The notes under the pieces: model-generated | What the model was told of the DNA's origin: nothing | The model's database searches: none | Seen by the model: the letters and a program-made list of their open reading frames with translations, nothing else | Position numbers and translations under genes: made by a program | Assembly: GCA_017621705.1 (NCBI GenBank) | Contig: JAGASR010000028.1 | Coordinates: 21,558 to 85,557, forward strand | DNA: 64,000 bases | Source of the DNA: Clostridia bacterium | Lineage (GTDB): Bacteria > Bacillota > Clostridia > Oscillospirales > UBA644 | Direction: 5' to 3' | Shown: positions 1 through 10,968 of the stretch, piece by piece | Layout of the letters: each line of letters starts with the position of its first letter | Position numbering within the stretch: position 1 is the first letter of the stretch

Positions 1-1482
1 ATACATTACTTTATCATACTTGATGGGTAACGAGAATACAAGTGAACCGCATTTAACATTTTTAAGGCCGTACGGACGGTTTACGAAATAAGGAACAGTA
101 TCAAAAGAAATGTTGATCGTCATATCAGAATTCTGTTCAATATCAAAACATATATCTGAACATTTTTCTTTTTTGTCGCCGTTGACAGTTATGTTTTCAG
201 CAAAGGACGGTATTCTTACCTTGAATTTGAACGGTCTGTCCGATTTGATTTTATATGTAAAAGTATTCTCAAACGGATAATTTGTTTCAAGAGAAATTGA
301 AATTCCGTTATCGTTAAGTTCTGAAGGAACAGGGAATACGTTAACAACAGTATCTCCGTCGTGCATAAAGGCAGAAAGCGCAAATTTGGGCCAACCCTGG
401 TGAAGATTAGAGGTACAGCAACCGTAACTCGGCTCAAGACCGAAGATATGAGCTTCATTATTATTTGTTCTGAAAAGAGATTTGCCGGGGAATCTGATGC
501 ATGCGATCTGATTACTCATCTGGTCATACTGATGTGTCCACATATCATCGCTGATAGTTGCAGGCAAAGCGTTGAAAGCAAGAACCTCAATACGTTCTGC
601 CCATTTGGGATCTCCTGTATACGCATAAAGATGTTCAAACGAATACATTTGATCGACTACGGCGCAAAGTTCTGTTCCCTGAATAGGACTTAGACCGGAA
701 AGGCATTCGTCGCCTGTAAAAAGACCGACGGGAGTTCCATTATATTTATACAGAACATCGTAAAGTTTTTCAGCAAGATCAGTATATTCGTTGCCCAAAA
801 TATCACAGGAAACAGCTTCCTGTTTTAACATCATAACAAGATTTACGATATGGGTATCGAAAGTCCATTTATTAAGAGGACGTTTCCACTGCGGAATAAA
901 CTCGTTATAATCAGCGCCTTGCGCTTTAACAAGTTTTGCAAGATCGTCTATCCACGGTTCATTGAAATGTTCTTTAATGAAATTTATACCAATAAAACAT
1001 TCAAACCAACGGTGTCTTCCCCATCCAAAAAGCTTTAAAGCGCCGGAAGAGAGGAGGTCATAGAGGTTTTTGAGTATATCATAAACAACTTTCTTAATAC
1101 GTTCGTCACCGGAGCAATCATAGTAAACAATAAGAACTTTTGAGATCAGATAGATTACCCACGGGTCGTAAGTGGATATTTTATCTTCATCGCAAGGACA
1201 GATCCAGCCGCTGGGTTTCTGCTTTGCAATGATATGGTCAACGTATTTTTTTGCACGGGAGATCAGTTCGTCATTCTCGAGAAGATATGCGAGGGGAATA
1301 AATCCGTCAAGCCAATAAGGAAGACGCTCCCAACCTTCTGCGGTCCCCCCTACCCAACCGCTGTCTCGGACGTCGGGCCAAACTTTATCAAGATTGCCGC
1401 TCAAGCCTTCCGCCTGAATTTTAAGCTGTTTCAGAAGCCAACCGTTCGGTTTAAGCTGCTTTGAAGTATAAAATTTATACAT
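1..1482 (-). CDS. GH127/GH146-like beta-L-arabinofuranosidase family protein (3' end runs off window)
   Basis: Not in the ORF track; translated by hand from ATG at 1482 (GGAGG RBS). Begins MYKFYTSKQLKPNGWLLKQL...WERLPYWLDG and has GTELCAVV and YGCCTSNLHQGWPKF motifs. Open to position 1. Confidence 0.85.
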   Translation of the reverse strand, partial: MYKFYTSKQLKPNGWLLKQLKIQAEGLSGNLDKVWPDVRDSGWVGGTAEGWERLPYWLDGFIPLAYLLENDELISRAKKYVDHIIAKQKPSGWICPCDEDKISTYDPWVIYLISKVLIVYYDCSGDERIKKVVYDILKNLYDLLSSGALKLFGWGRHRWFECFIGINFIKEHFNEPWIDDLAKLVKAQGADYNEFIPQWKRPLNKWTFDTHIVNLVMMLKQEAVSCDILGNEYTDLAEKLYDVLYKYNGTPVGLFTGDECLSGLSPIQGTELCAVVDQMYSFEHLYAYTGDPKWAERIEVLAFNALPATISDDMWTHQYDQMSNQIACIRFPGKSLFRTNNNEAHIFGLEPSYGCCTSNLHQGWPKFALSAFMHDGDTVVNVFPVPSELNDNGISISLETNYPFENTFTYKIKSDRPFKFKVRIPSFAENITVNGDKKEKCSDICFDIEQNSDMTINISFDTVPYFVNRPYGLKNVKCGSLVFSLPIKYDKVMY

Positions 1483-1505
1483 ATTTACCTCCATATAAAT
1501 AAGAA

Positions 1506-1532
1506 TCCGGCTCGGAAAAGCTCCGAACCGGA
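1506..1532 (-). terminator. Intrinsic terminator-like hairpin ending the lysine operon
   Basis: TCCGGTTCGGA-GCTTT-TCCGAGCCGGA followed by TTCTTATTT on the minus strand, just after the ACT gene stop. Confidence 0.65.
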
Positions 1533-1541
1533 GATAATAAT

Positions 1542-2030
1542 TCAGATATTTTTTATACCGAAACAATCCTCAAGCATATCGCAGGCAACAGAATACTGTG
1601 CTTCGTCAATAAGGCAGGATATTTTAGTTTCGGAAGTCGTTATAAGTTTGATCATAATGTTTTTAGAGCCGAATGCTCTGAAAACAAATGATGCAACGCC
1701 GCAACGTTCTCGCATAGCTTCGCCCGCAAAAGTAATCTTGCAGTTTTTCGTATTTATATCAGTGCGAAGCTCGGGATAAGAATTCTTAAAGAAACCGATC
1801 GTGGAAAGAACGCTCGAAAGATCTTCATCGTTTGCAGAAAAAGAAACAGTCTGATAAACACCCGAAGAAGGATTAAGAGAAATCATATCCACATTAACAC
1901 CGTTATCAGCAAGGCATTCGAAGATTTTCGCAACGCTTTCGGAGTTATTGGGAAGATTGTAAACTGTAACGAGAGTTATTTCATTATCAACATTAACGGA
2001 AGTTATAATATCTTTGATATCGTACTGCAT
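1542..2030 (-). CDS. Stand-alone tandem ACT-domain protein (aspartokinase regulatory/beta-subunit-like)
   Basis: IFECLADNGVNVDMI and GEAMRERCGVAS...IKLITTSETKISCLI match aspartokinase C-terminal ACT repeats; lies in the dap operon. Confidence 0.8.
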   Translation of the reverse strand: MQYDIKDIITSVNVDNEITLVTVYNLPNNSESVAKIFECLADNGVNVDMISLNPSSGVYQTVSFSANDEDLSSVLSTIGFFKNSYPELRTDINTKNCKITFAGEAMRERCGVASFVFRAFGSKNIMIKLITTSETKISCLIDEAQYSVACDMLEDCFGIKNI

Positions 2031-2045
2031 AAAATACTCCTTAAA

Positions 2046-2807
2046 TCAATCTATAGTATCTTTCATTGAATACATTCCGGCGGACTTGTCCGAAATAAAG
2101 AGTGCGGCACGTAATGCGCCGAAAGCGAAAATTTTTCTTGAACCTGCGCTGTGGCTGATTGTTATTACTTCATCTTCGCCTGCAAAAATTACGTCATGTT
2201 CGCCAACTATCGTTCCGCCGCGAACGGAATGAATACCGATCTCATTTTTAGAACGGGGACGGCGTTCGCTATGACGGTCGTATACATACTGAAGTTCACG
2301 TTCATCTGCCTCTGCAACGGAATCAGCAAGCATAAGAGCTGTTCCGGAAGGAGCGTCAAGCTTGCGGTTATGATGCTTTTCCACGATCTCAACATCATAG
2401 TCCGCTCCGAGAGCTGCAGCAGCTTTCTTTATAAGTTCGGATACGAGACTTACACCGATAGACATATTGGGAGAGAAGAATACGGGGATCTTTTCTGCTG
2501 CGGCTGAGATCTCTTTTTTCTGTTCGGCACTGTATCCTGTTGTAGCGAGAACAATGGGAACAGAATATTTGCAAGCGTATGCAAGAACGTCAGTCAAAAG
2601 AGAAGGATGCGAAAAATCTATTACAGCATCAACGGGAGCTGTCACATTATCAATAGATCTGTATACGGGAAAAGGTTCGCCATTACCCTCTTTAATGTCA
2701 ACACCTGCACAGATGCGGACTTTGGATGAAAAGCGATCGGACGCAGCGATCTCGGCAATCATTTTACCCATGACACCGCGACAGCCGCAAAGCAGAATAT
2801 CAATCAT
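2046..2807 (-). CDS. dapB: 4-hydroxy-tetrahydrodipicolinate reductase
   Basis: GCRGVMG, VIDFS, EKHHNRKLDAPSGTA, SVRGGTIVGEH. Confidence 0.97.
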   Translation of the reverse strand: MIDILLCGCRGVMGKMIAEIAASDRFSSKVRICAGVDIKEGNGEPFPVYRSIDNVTAPVDAVIDFSHPSLLTDVLAYACKYSVPIVLATTGYSAEQKKEISAAAEKIPVFFSPNMSIGVSLVSELIKKAAAALGADYDVEIVEKHHNRKLDAPSGTALMLADSVAEADERELQYVYDRHSERRPRSKNEIGIHSVRGGTIVGEHDVIFAGEDEVITISHSAGSRKIFAFGALRAALFISDKSAGMYSMKDTID

Positions 2808-2840
2808 TTAAAATTCCTCACAGTTATGTTCTTTTAGTAA

Positions 2841-3722
2841 TTATTTAACCTCATCAATAGCAGCTTTGAGCTTTGCAAGATTTGTTTCGCTCATTTCATA
2901 GAGAGGCAGGCGACATTCACCGACATCAAATCCCAGAATATTCATAGCAGCCTTAACGGGAATGGGATTTGTCTCACAGAAGAGAGCATCGACGAGGTTA
3001 GAATGTTTGATCTGAAGATCAGCAGATGCTTCGACGTTTCCGCGGAAATATTCTTCACAGATATTATGGGTCTCTCTGGGTTTGATATTAGAAAGAACAG
3101 AGATAACACCTTTAGCACCGAGAGAGAGCATGGGAGTGATAAGGCCGTCTTCACCTGAATAGATATCGAGATCGTCTCCGCAGAGGTATTTGATACGTAC
3201 GACATCGGCGAGATTTCCGCTTGCTTCTTTTGTAGCAACGATATTGGGATGTTTGGAAAGTTCTTTATATGTATCGGGGGTAATAGTCATACCTGTTCTG
3301 CCGGGCACATTATAAAGGATCATAGGAAGATCAACAGCATCGGCAATAGCGGTAAAATGCTTGATAAGACCGCGCTGGGTTGTTTTATTGTAATAGGGAG
3401 TTACGTTAAGGGATGCATCGGCACCGACTTCTTTTGCGTAACGGGTAAGTTCGATCGAATATGCGGTATCGTTACTGCCGGTACCTGCGATAACGGGAAC
3501 TCTGCCTGCTACTTTGTCAACAGCAAATTTTATTTCTTCACGATGTTCGTCATCGGTAAGAGTGGATGCTTCACCTGTAGTACCGCAGATGATAATAGCA
3601 TCTGTGCCGTTTGCAATCTGATATTCGATGAGTTCGCCGAGCTTGTCGTAATTAACAGAGAGGTCACTGTTAAACGGGGTTACGATAGCGACTCCGGCGC
3701 CTGTAAAAATAGTTTTCTTCAT
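2841..3722 (-). CDS. dapA: 4-hydroxy-tetrahydrodipicolinate synthase
   Basis: GTTGEA, TPYYNK, LYNVPGRTG, KEASG, NPIPVKAA. Confidence 0.97.
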   Translation of the reverse strand: MKKTIFTGAGVAIVTPFNSDLSVNYDKLGELIEYQIANGTDAIIICGTTGEASTLTDDEHREEIKFAVDKVAGRVPVIAGTGSNDTAYSIELTRYAKEVGADASLNVTPYYNKTTQRGLIKHFTAIADAVDLPMILYNVPGRTGMTITPDTYKELSKHPNIVATKEASGNLADVVRIKYLCGDDLDIYSGEDGLITPMLSLGAKGVISVLSNIKPRETHNICEEYFRGNVEASADLQIKHSNLVDALFCETNPIPVKAAMNILGFDVGECRLPLYEMSETNLAKLKAAIDEVK

Positions 3723-3745
3723 TAAAATTTCTCCGTCAATGTAAA

Positions 3746-4825
3746 TTAATCAAAATAACCTTTTGCGGCATAAAGTTCTGCCATTTCAATAGCACCGCCT
3801 GCAGCGCCGCGAAGGGTATTGTGAGAAAGGGAAACAAATTTATAGTCGAACTGAGAATCCTCGCGGAGACGACCGATGGAAACAGCCATACCGCCTTCAA
3901 GATTACGGTGAAGTTTTGCCTGAGGATAATTCTCTTCTTCGAAATAGTTAAGGAACTGCTTGGGAGCGGAGGGAAGACCGAGCTTCTGAGGTTCACCCTG
4001 ATAGTTGCGCCAGATTTCAATGATCTCTTCTTTGGAAGGTTTGTTTTCAAAAGAAGCAAATACAGCGGCAAAGTGTCCGTCGGAAACTGGAACACGGAGA
4101 CACTGAGTTGTTATAAGAGGAGCTTTTGCGGAAACGATCTTGCCGTCTTCAACAGTACCCCAGACTTTGAGCGGTTCTTTTTCGGATTTTTCTTCTTCGC
4201 CTGAAATGAAGGGAATGAGATTGTCTACCATTTCGGGCCATGTTTCAAAAGTCTTACCCGCACCGGAGATTGCCTGATAAGTACAAGCAAGAACTTTGGT
4301 TATACCGAATTTACGGAGAGGTTCAAGAGCGGGAACGTAGCTCTGAATGGAGCAGTTTGATTTAACGGAAATAAAGCCTCTCTTGGTACCTAGTCTCTTT
4401 TTCTGAGCAGCGATAACTTCGATATGTTCGGGGTTGATCTCGGGAACGATCATCGGAACGTCATCGGTAAAACGGTTTGCGGAGTTATTGGACATTACGG
4501 GACATTCGTGTTTAGCGTATGCTTCTTCGAGAGCTTTTATTTCATCTTTTTTCATATCTACAGCACAGAAAACGAAGTCTACGGAAGAAGTGATGTTTTC
4601 GATATCCGCAGTAGCATCCTGAACAACGATATTCTTCATTTTTTCGGGCATAGGGGTAGACATAAGCCAACGGTTGCCGACAGCTTCTTCGTAAGTTTTG
4701 CCTGCGGAACGGGCAGAAGCGGCAAGAGCGGTTACTGTAAACCAAGGATGATTTTCAAGTAAGGTCGCAAAGCGCTGACCTACCATACCGGTAGCGCCGA
4801 TAATTGCAACGTTATAATTTTTCAT
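3746..4825 (-). CDS. asd: Aspartate-semialdehyde dehydrogenase
   Basis: GATGMVGQ, KSNCS catalytic Cys, QAISGAG, RVPVSDGH, HNTLRGAAG. Confidence 0.97.
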   Translation of the reverse strand: MKNYNVAIIGATGMVGQRFATLLENHPWFTVTALAASARSAGKTYEEAVGNRWLMSTPMPEKMKNIVVQDATADIENITSSVDFVFCAVDMKKDEIKALEEAYAKHECPVMSNNSANRFTDDVPMIVPEINPEHIEVIAAQKKRLGTKRGFISVKSNCSIQSYVPALEPLRKFGITKVLACTYQAISGAGKTFETWPEMVDNLIPFISGEEEKSEKEPLKVWGTVEDGKIVSAKAPLITTQCLRVPVSDGHFAAVFASFENKPSKEEIIEIWRNYQGEPQKLGLPSAPKQFLNYFEEENYPQAKLHRNLEGGMAVSIGRLREDSQFDYKFVSLSHNTLRGAAGGAIEMAELYAAKGYFD

Positions 4826-4853
4826 TGTAATCTTTCTCCAGTCTCATTATATG

Positions 4854-4881
4854 CAAAACGACGGAATATGCTTCCGTCGTC
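4854..4881 (-). terminator. Riboswitch expression-platform terminator
   Basis: ACGACGGAA-GCATA-TTCCGTCGT-TTTG between the aptamer and the asd start. Confidence 0.7.
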
Positions 4882-4910
4882 AATAAAATACATAGTTATA
4901 TTTATCGCAA

Positions 4911-5095
4911 CAGATAGCTCAATACCGATAATCTCGGTAACAGCCGAGCAGTTATTCACTGAACGTCCGGACAATGAAGCCTCCTGCTCATCCATTTCCT
5001 CGGCGATGGCACCTTTTTTTCGCTGCTGACAGGAACAACAATCCGAAATTTCTCGAAATTAAGCGAAATACTTATTGACAACGCACCTCTATCAA
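4911..5095 (-). ncRNA. Lysine riboswitch (L-box)
   Basis: Minus strand reads GATAGAGGTGCG...AAGTA...AAAGG...TCGCCGAG...TGAATAA...CTGT...GAGCTATC; upstream of asd-dapA-dapB. Confidence 0.88.
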
Positions 5096-5103
5096 GTTAT
5101 AAT
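5075..5103 (+). promoter_or_regulatory. Sigma-A promoter for queA operon
   Basis: TTGACA(5075-80)-17 nt-TATAAT(5098-5103). Confidence 0.7.
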
Positions 5104-5105
5104 TA

Positions 5106-5134
5106 AGTATAGCAGATTTTATGCGATATGTCAA
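5106..5134 (-). promoter_or_regulatory. Sigma-A promoter for lysine riboswitch/asd operon
   Basis: TTGACA(5134-5129)-17 nt-TATACT(5111-5106), immediately 5' of the aptamer. Confidence 0.75.
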
Positions 5135-5210
5135 CACCGACACGCAAAATTTACAATAAAAGACAAAAACATGAAATACAAATCACATATTTGATTTACT
5201 GAGGAGAAAC

Positions 5211-6251
5211 ATGGATCTTCACGATTTTTATTACGATCTTCCCGAAGAGCTTATTGCTCAGCATCCCGCAGAGAAAAGAGATCTTTCGAGACTTATGTTC
5301 CTTGATAAAGAAACGGGGAAAGTCCGTCACGGAACATTCAGAGATATACTTGATTGCTTTGAAGAAGGCGACTGCCTTATACTTAATGACTCACGAGTTA
5401 TTCCTGCACGTCTGTTTGCAAAAAGAGTTCCTGACGGCGCAGATATTGAAGTTTTCCTTCTTCGTCCGGCAGATAATTCAAACACATGGGAATGTCTCGT
5501 TAAACCCGGAAAAAAAATGAAGGTCGGAACCAAGATCGATGTTTGCGGAGTTCCGGGCGAAGTCCTTTCGGTTCTCGAAAGCGGAAACAGAATGATCCGC
5601 TTTGACTTTGACGGAGACTTTCGAAGCAAGCTTGACGAGATAGGTCAGATTCCCCTGCCCCCATATATTACGGAAGAGCAGGAAGACTATGGCAGATATC
5701 AAACAGTATATGCCAAATACGACGGATCTGTCGCTGCCCCTACCGCCGGACTTCATTTTACGGAAGAAGTTCTTGATGAATTAAGAAAAAAAGGTGTAGA
5801 AATCGGATTTATTACACTGCATGTAGGGCTCGGCACTTTCAGACCTGTTAAAACAGAAAAGATTGAAGAACATCAGATGCACTCCGAGTTTTTCATTCTT
5901 CCCGAAAAGACTGCTGAAATAATCAATAAAGCGAAAGCGAACGGTCACAGAGTTACAGCAGTCGGAACGACCTGCACGAGAACGCTCGAAACCGCAGGAT
6001 GCCGTCTGCATATATCAAAAGACAATTTTGAGCTCAAAGAAATGTCCGGAGAAACAGATATATTCATATATCCGCCTTACGAATTTAAGGTAGTCGACAG
6101 ACTTATAACAAACTTCCATTTACCCGAAAGTACGCTTATAATGCTCATTTCGGCACTTGCAGGAAGAGAAAATGTTCTTGCGGCATACGAAGAAGCCGTA
6201 AAAGAAAGATACAGATTCTTCTCCTTCGGCGATGCGATGTTTATAGGATAA
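5211..6251 (+). CDS. queA: S-adenosylmethionine:tRNA ribosyltransferase-isomerase
   Basis: DLPEELIAQHP, PLPPYI, AAPTAGLHFT, TNFHLPESTL, YRFFSFGDAM. Confidence 0.98.
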   Translation: MDLHDFYYDLPEELIAQHPAEKRDLSRLMFLDKETGKVRHGTFRDILDCFEEGDCLILNDSRVIPARLFAKRVPDGADIEVFLLRPADNSNTWECLVKPGKKMKVGTKIDVCGVPGEVLSVLESGNRMIRFDFDGDFRSKLDEIGQIPLPPYITEEQEDYGRYQTVYAKYDGSVAAPTAGLHFTEEVLDELRKKGVEIGFITLHVGLGTFRPVKTEKIEEHQMHSEFFILPEKTAEIINKAKANGHRVTAVGTTCTRTLETAGCRLHISKDNFELKEMSGETDIFIYPPYEFKVVDRLITNFHLPESTLIMLISALAGRENVLAAYEEAVKERYRFFSFGDAMFIG

Positions 6252-6252
6252 A

Positions 6253-8458
<2,206 letters not shown>

Positions 8459-8461
8459 GAA

Positions 8462-9385
8462 ATGGAAGAAAAAGAAGGCCGCTTATTTAAAAGAACAGCA
8501 ATTGTACTGACAGTTTGTATTCTAAGCTTAATTATTGCATTAAGTGCTTCCGCGCAAACCATTGCAGGAACACTGGACTTGCTGAAAGCTTCCTCCGAGG
8601 CTTTTAACGAATCCGAAGATTTAAGATATAGTTTCAACCCTCAAACCGGTATTGTCTCCGTTTTCGCCCTTAAAACGGCCGAAAACGGCATAGAGTACAT
8701 CGCAGACACCGCATATATAGAATACGGTCAGGGGGGATTGATAAAAATATTACCCGATTCATATTCTCCCAAGAAATTAACGGATGAAGAGGCTCGCGCA
8801 ATTATCAACCGTCGTCTGTGGCTTTATAAGGCGGATAAATACGACAATACATATATGCTCGATTTCACCGCAACACCTATCAAGGATGCGGACGGAACCG
8901 AATGGTATCCGCTTCTCGATGACTTTTCGACACAAAGCAAATTCATTTCATATTTAAAAGAAATATTCACGGATAATCTTGCATCAAATTATATTTTCGA
9001 TACATCAGTCAGATTTTTCGGAAACGAACTTTATGATATAGGCGGAAAAGTATCACAGTATTCTTTTGATTATTCCGGTTATCTGCTTGAACAAATATTT
9101 GCATCGGATAACGACGGCTGGTATTTCTACAAGATAACCGTTCCGATGGATGAAGAAATAGGAAAACTTGAATATACGGTTGGTCTGTATTATTCGGAAA
9201 ACGGCTGGAAGATTTGTTACGACGGATTTAAAAACACATCTGAAACAGACTATCTTGAAAAAATTGAGCAAAATTCTTTCGAGATAGAAGATGATAATCC
9301 GTCAACCGGCGATATTACACTTCTATACCCTCTTCTTTCGGTATGCTCATTAATTGGGATAGTTTTTTTAAAAATAAAAAAATAG
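8462..9385 (+). CDS. Secreted, probably sortase-anchored hypothetical protein
   Basis: Signal peptide ending ASA; C-terminal NPSTGD, hydrophobic stretch and KIKK tail. Confidence 0.7.
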   Translation: MEEKEGRLFKRTAIVLTVCILSLIIALSASAQTIAGTLDLLKASSEAFNESEDLRYSFNPQTGIVSVFALKTAENGIEYIADTAYIEYGQGGLIKILPDSYSPKKLTDEEARAIINRRLWLYKADKYDNTYMLDFTATPIKDADGTEWYPLLDDFSTQSKFISYLKEIFTDNLASNYIFDTSVRFFGNELYDIGGKVSQYSFDYSGYLLEQIFASDNDGWYFYKITVPMDEEIGKLEYTVGLYYSENGWKICYDGFKNTSETDYLEKIEQNSFEIEDDNPSTGDITLLYPLLSVCSLIGIVFLKIKK

Positions 9386-9388
9386 CAT

Positions 9389-9424
9389 AAAAAATACCAA
9401 CGATAAATATCGTTGGTATTTTTG
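9389..9424. terminator. Bidirectional terminator
   Basis: AAAAATACCAACGATA-AA-TATCGTTGGTATTTTT between convergent genes. Confidence 0.8.
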
Positions 9425-9436
9425 CTTATTTATAAA

Positions 9437-10852
9437 CTAATCGTAAAGCTCGATCATTGTTTTATATTGCGGAAGAACATACTGTTCTATAAGAGATTGA
9501 TGTTTATCTCGTATTGAATCGAGATACTCTGCAGGAGTTTTGGAATTACTGTGCATACCCATAGCCTGTCCCTGAATACCATGTATAAAATCAAAATAGA
9601 AAATATGTTCAGTATCGGTAATTGATACAAAAAACTCCGAGTCGCGCTCATCATGAAAATAGTTTCTTGAAAGATAATCAATAATACTATCTCTTGTTTC
9701 ATACCCTTCAAATGGTTCGTAAACAGCATCCAGAATGAGGGCTGATTGCTCAGGATCGTCAACGGAAATCGGAATTGCTATAATAAAATCGGCAGATTCA
9801 AAACTTGTTCTAAAAGTTTTTGCATCGACATCTGGTCCCGCCGGGAAAGGAACGATTCCAAAATCTTCTAGATTATATGCAACAGAAGTAGTACCGGACA
9901 AAATCTGATATGCATCAATAAGAGCCATAACACCGTTACCGTTATTAAGATTATCCTCTGTATCAAGAGAACCGCAATACATTATATTACCGCCTGTAGG
10001 ACCTGTCATCCATTCATAAACCTGATTAAAAGCAACAAGAACATTCGGGGAATAAAATCCCATATCATAAGTTCCGTCATCGTTTATTGTAACAAGATCT
10101 CCACCATTGGATAAAGTCGAAGATCTGTAAAACCACCCGTCGTTAGATGTAATGAAAGAATAGACTTTCTCTCCGGACATATTTGTGTGAGCAAAATTTA
10201 ACAGGCAATCCGTAAATGTATCATATGTCCATGTTCCACCTTCAAAATGATCTCTTGGATCTTCATAACCAAGAGTTTTAACCATTTGTTCATTAATTGC
10301 AATGATACCAGAAGGTGAATTTTGAACTCTGAGGGGATGTTGTGCAGGCAAAACGCCGTAAAGAGAACCTTCCCACATCATCGGAGAAAGTAAATATCTG
10401 CTACCCCATTTTTCTTCATCAAGCGCATCCATATTTTCAAGAGAAGCAAGATCATAAAAAATACCAGACAAAGCATAGTTTACAAGACTATAAGATTCAT
10501 ACTGAATAAAGTCATATAATACATCTCCGGTGGAGACAGTATAATAAGCTGTCTTTCCAACGTCACTGTCATATTGAACCTCTATAGTGCAGTTGTATTT
10601 CTGTTCAACATCGTTAAGACGTTTAGCCGCTAAGTCAGCAAACTCTGTGTTATTGATATAACCGAGAGTTGAATCAGAACCTTCAAAGAAGTACGATGCG
10701 ACCATACCGTAAACAAAAGTTTTACCCAAAAGATCAATATTGCCCGATACAGTTGAATCATACTCAGGTGCAATTTCTTCTTCTGAAACCGCACACGACA
10801 TAATCGTAAGAGTAAAAACAATACACAACAGAATTGCAATCACTTTTTTCAT
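9437..10852 (-). CDS. Extracellular solute-binding lipoprotein (array copy 8)
   Basis: Lipobox-like IMSC; EEKWG, DPRDHFEGGTWTYD, GIVPFPAGP, YEPFEGYET shared with paralogs. Confidence 0.75.
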   Translation of the reverse strand: MKKVIAILLCIVFTLTIMSCAVSEEEIAPEYDSTVSGNIDLLGKTFVYGMVASYFFEGSDSTLGYINNTEFADLAAKRLNDVEQKYNCTIEVQYDSDVGKTAYYTVSTGDVLYDFIQYESYSLVNYALSGIFYDLASLENMDALDEEKWGSRYLLSPMMWEGSLYGVLPAQHPLRVQNSPSGIIAINEQMVKTLGYEDPRDHFEGGTWTYDTFTDCLLNFAHTNMSGEKVYSFITSNDGWFYRSSTLSNGGDLVTINDDGTYDMGFYSPNVLVAFNQVYEWMTGPTGGNIMYCGSLDTEDNLNNGNGVMALIDAYQILSGTTSVAYNLEDFGIVPFPAGPDVDAKTFRTSFESADFIIAIPISVDDPEQSALILDAVYEPFEGYETRDSIIDYLSRNYFHDERDSEFFVSITDTEHIFYFDFIHGIQGQAMGMHSNSKTPAEYLDSIRDKHQSLIEQYVLPQYKTMIELYD

Positions 10853-10968
10853 AGACCAATTTCCTTTCTAACGTTTATCCAAAGCATGGTATATTTATAT
10901 TTTTTCAAATCACATAATTTTATAACAAAAGATCATACGTTAAAATTTGCGTTCAAATAACATAAATT

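Noticed and set aside
216-1464. Four short ORFs in the track
   Set aside because: They are shadows of the minus-strand GH127-like gene 1-1482, which the track omits because it runs off the window
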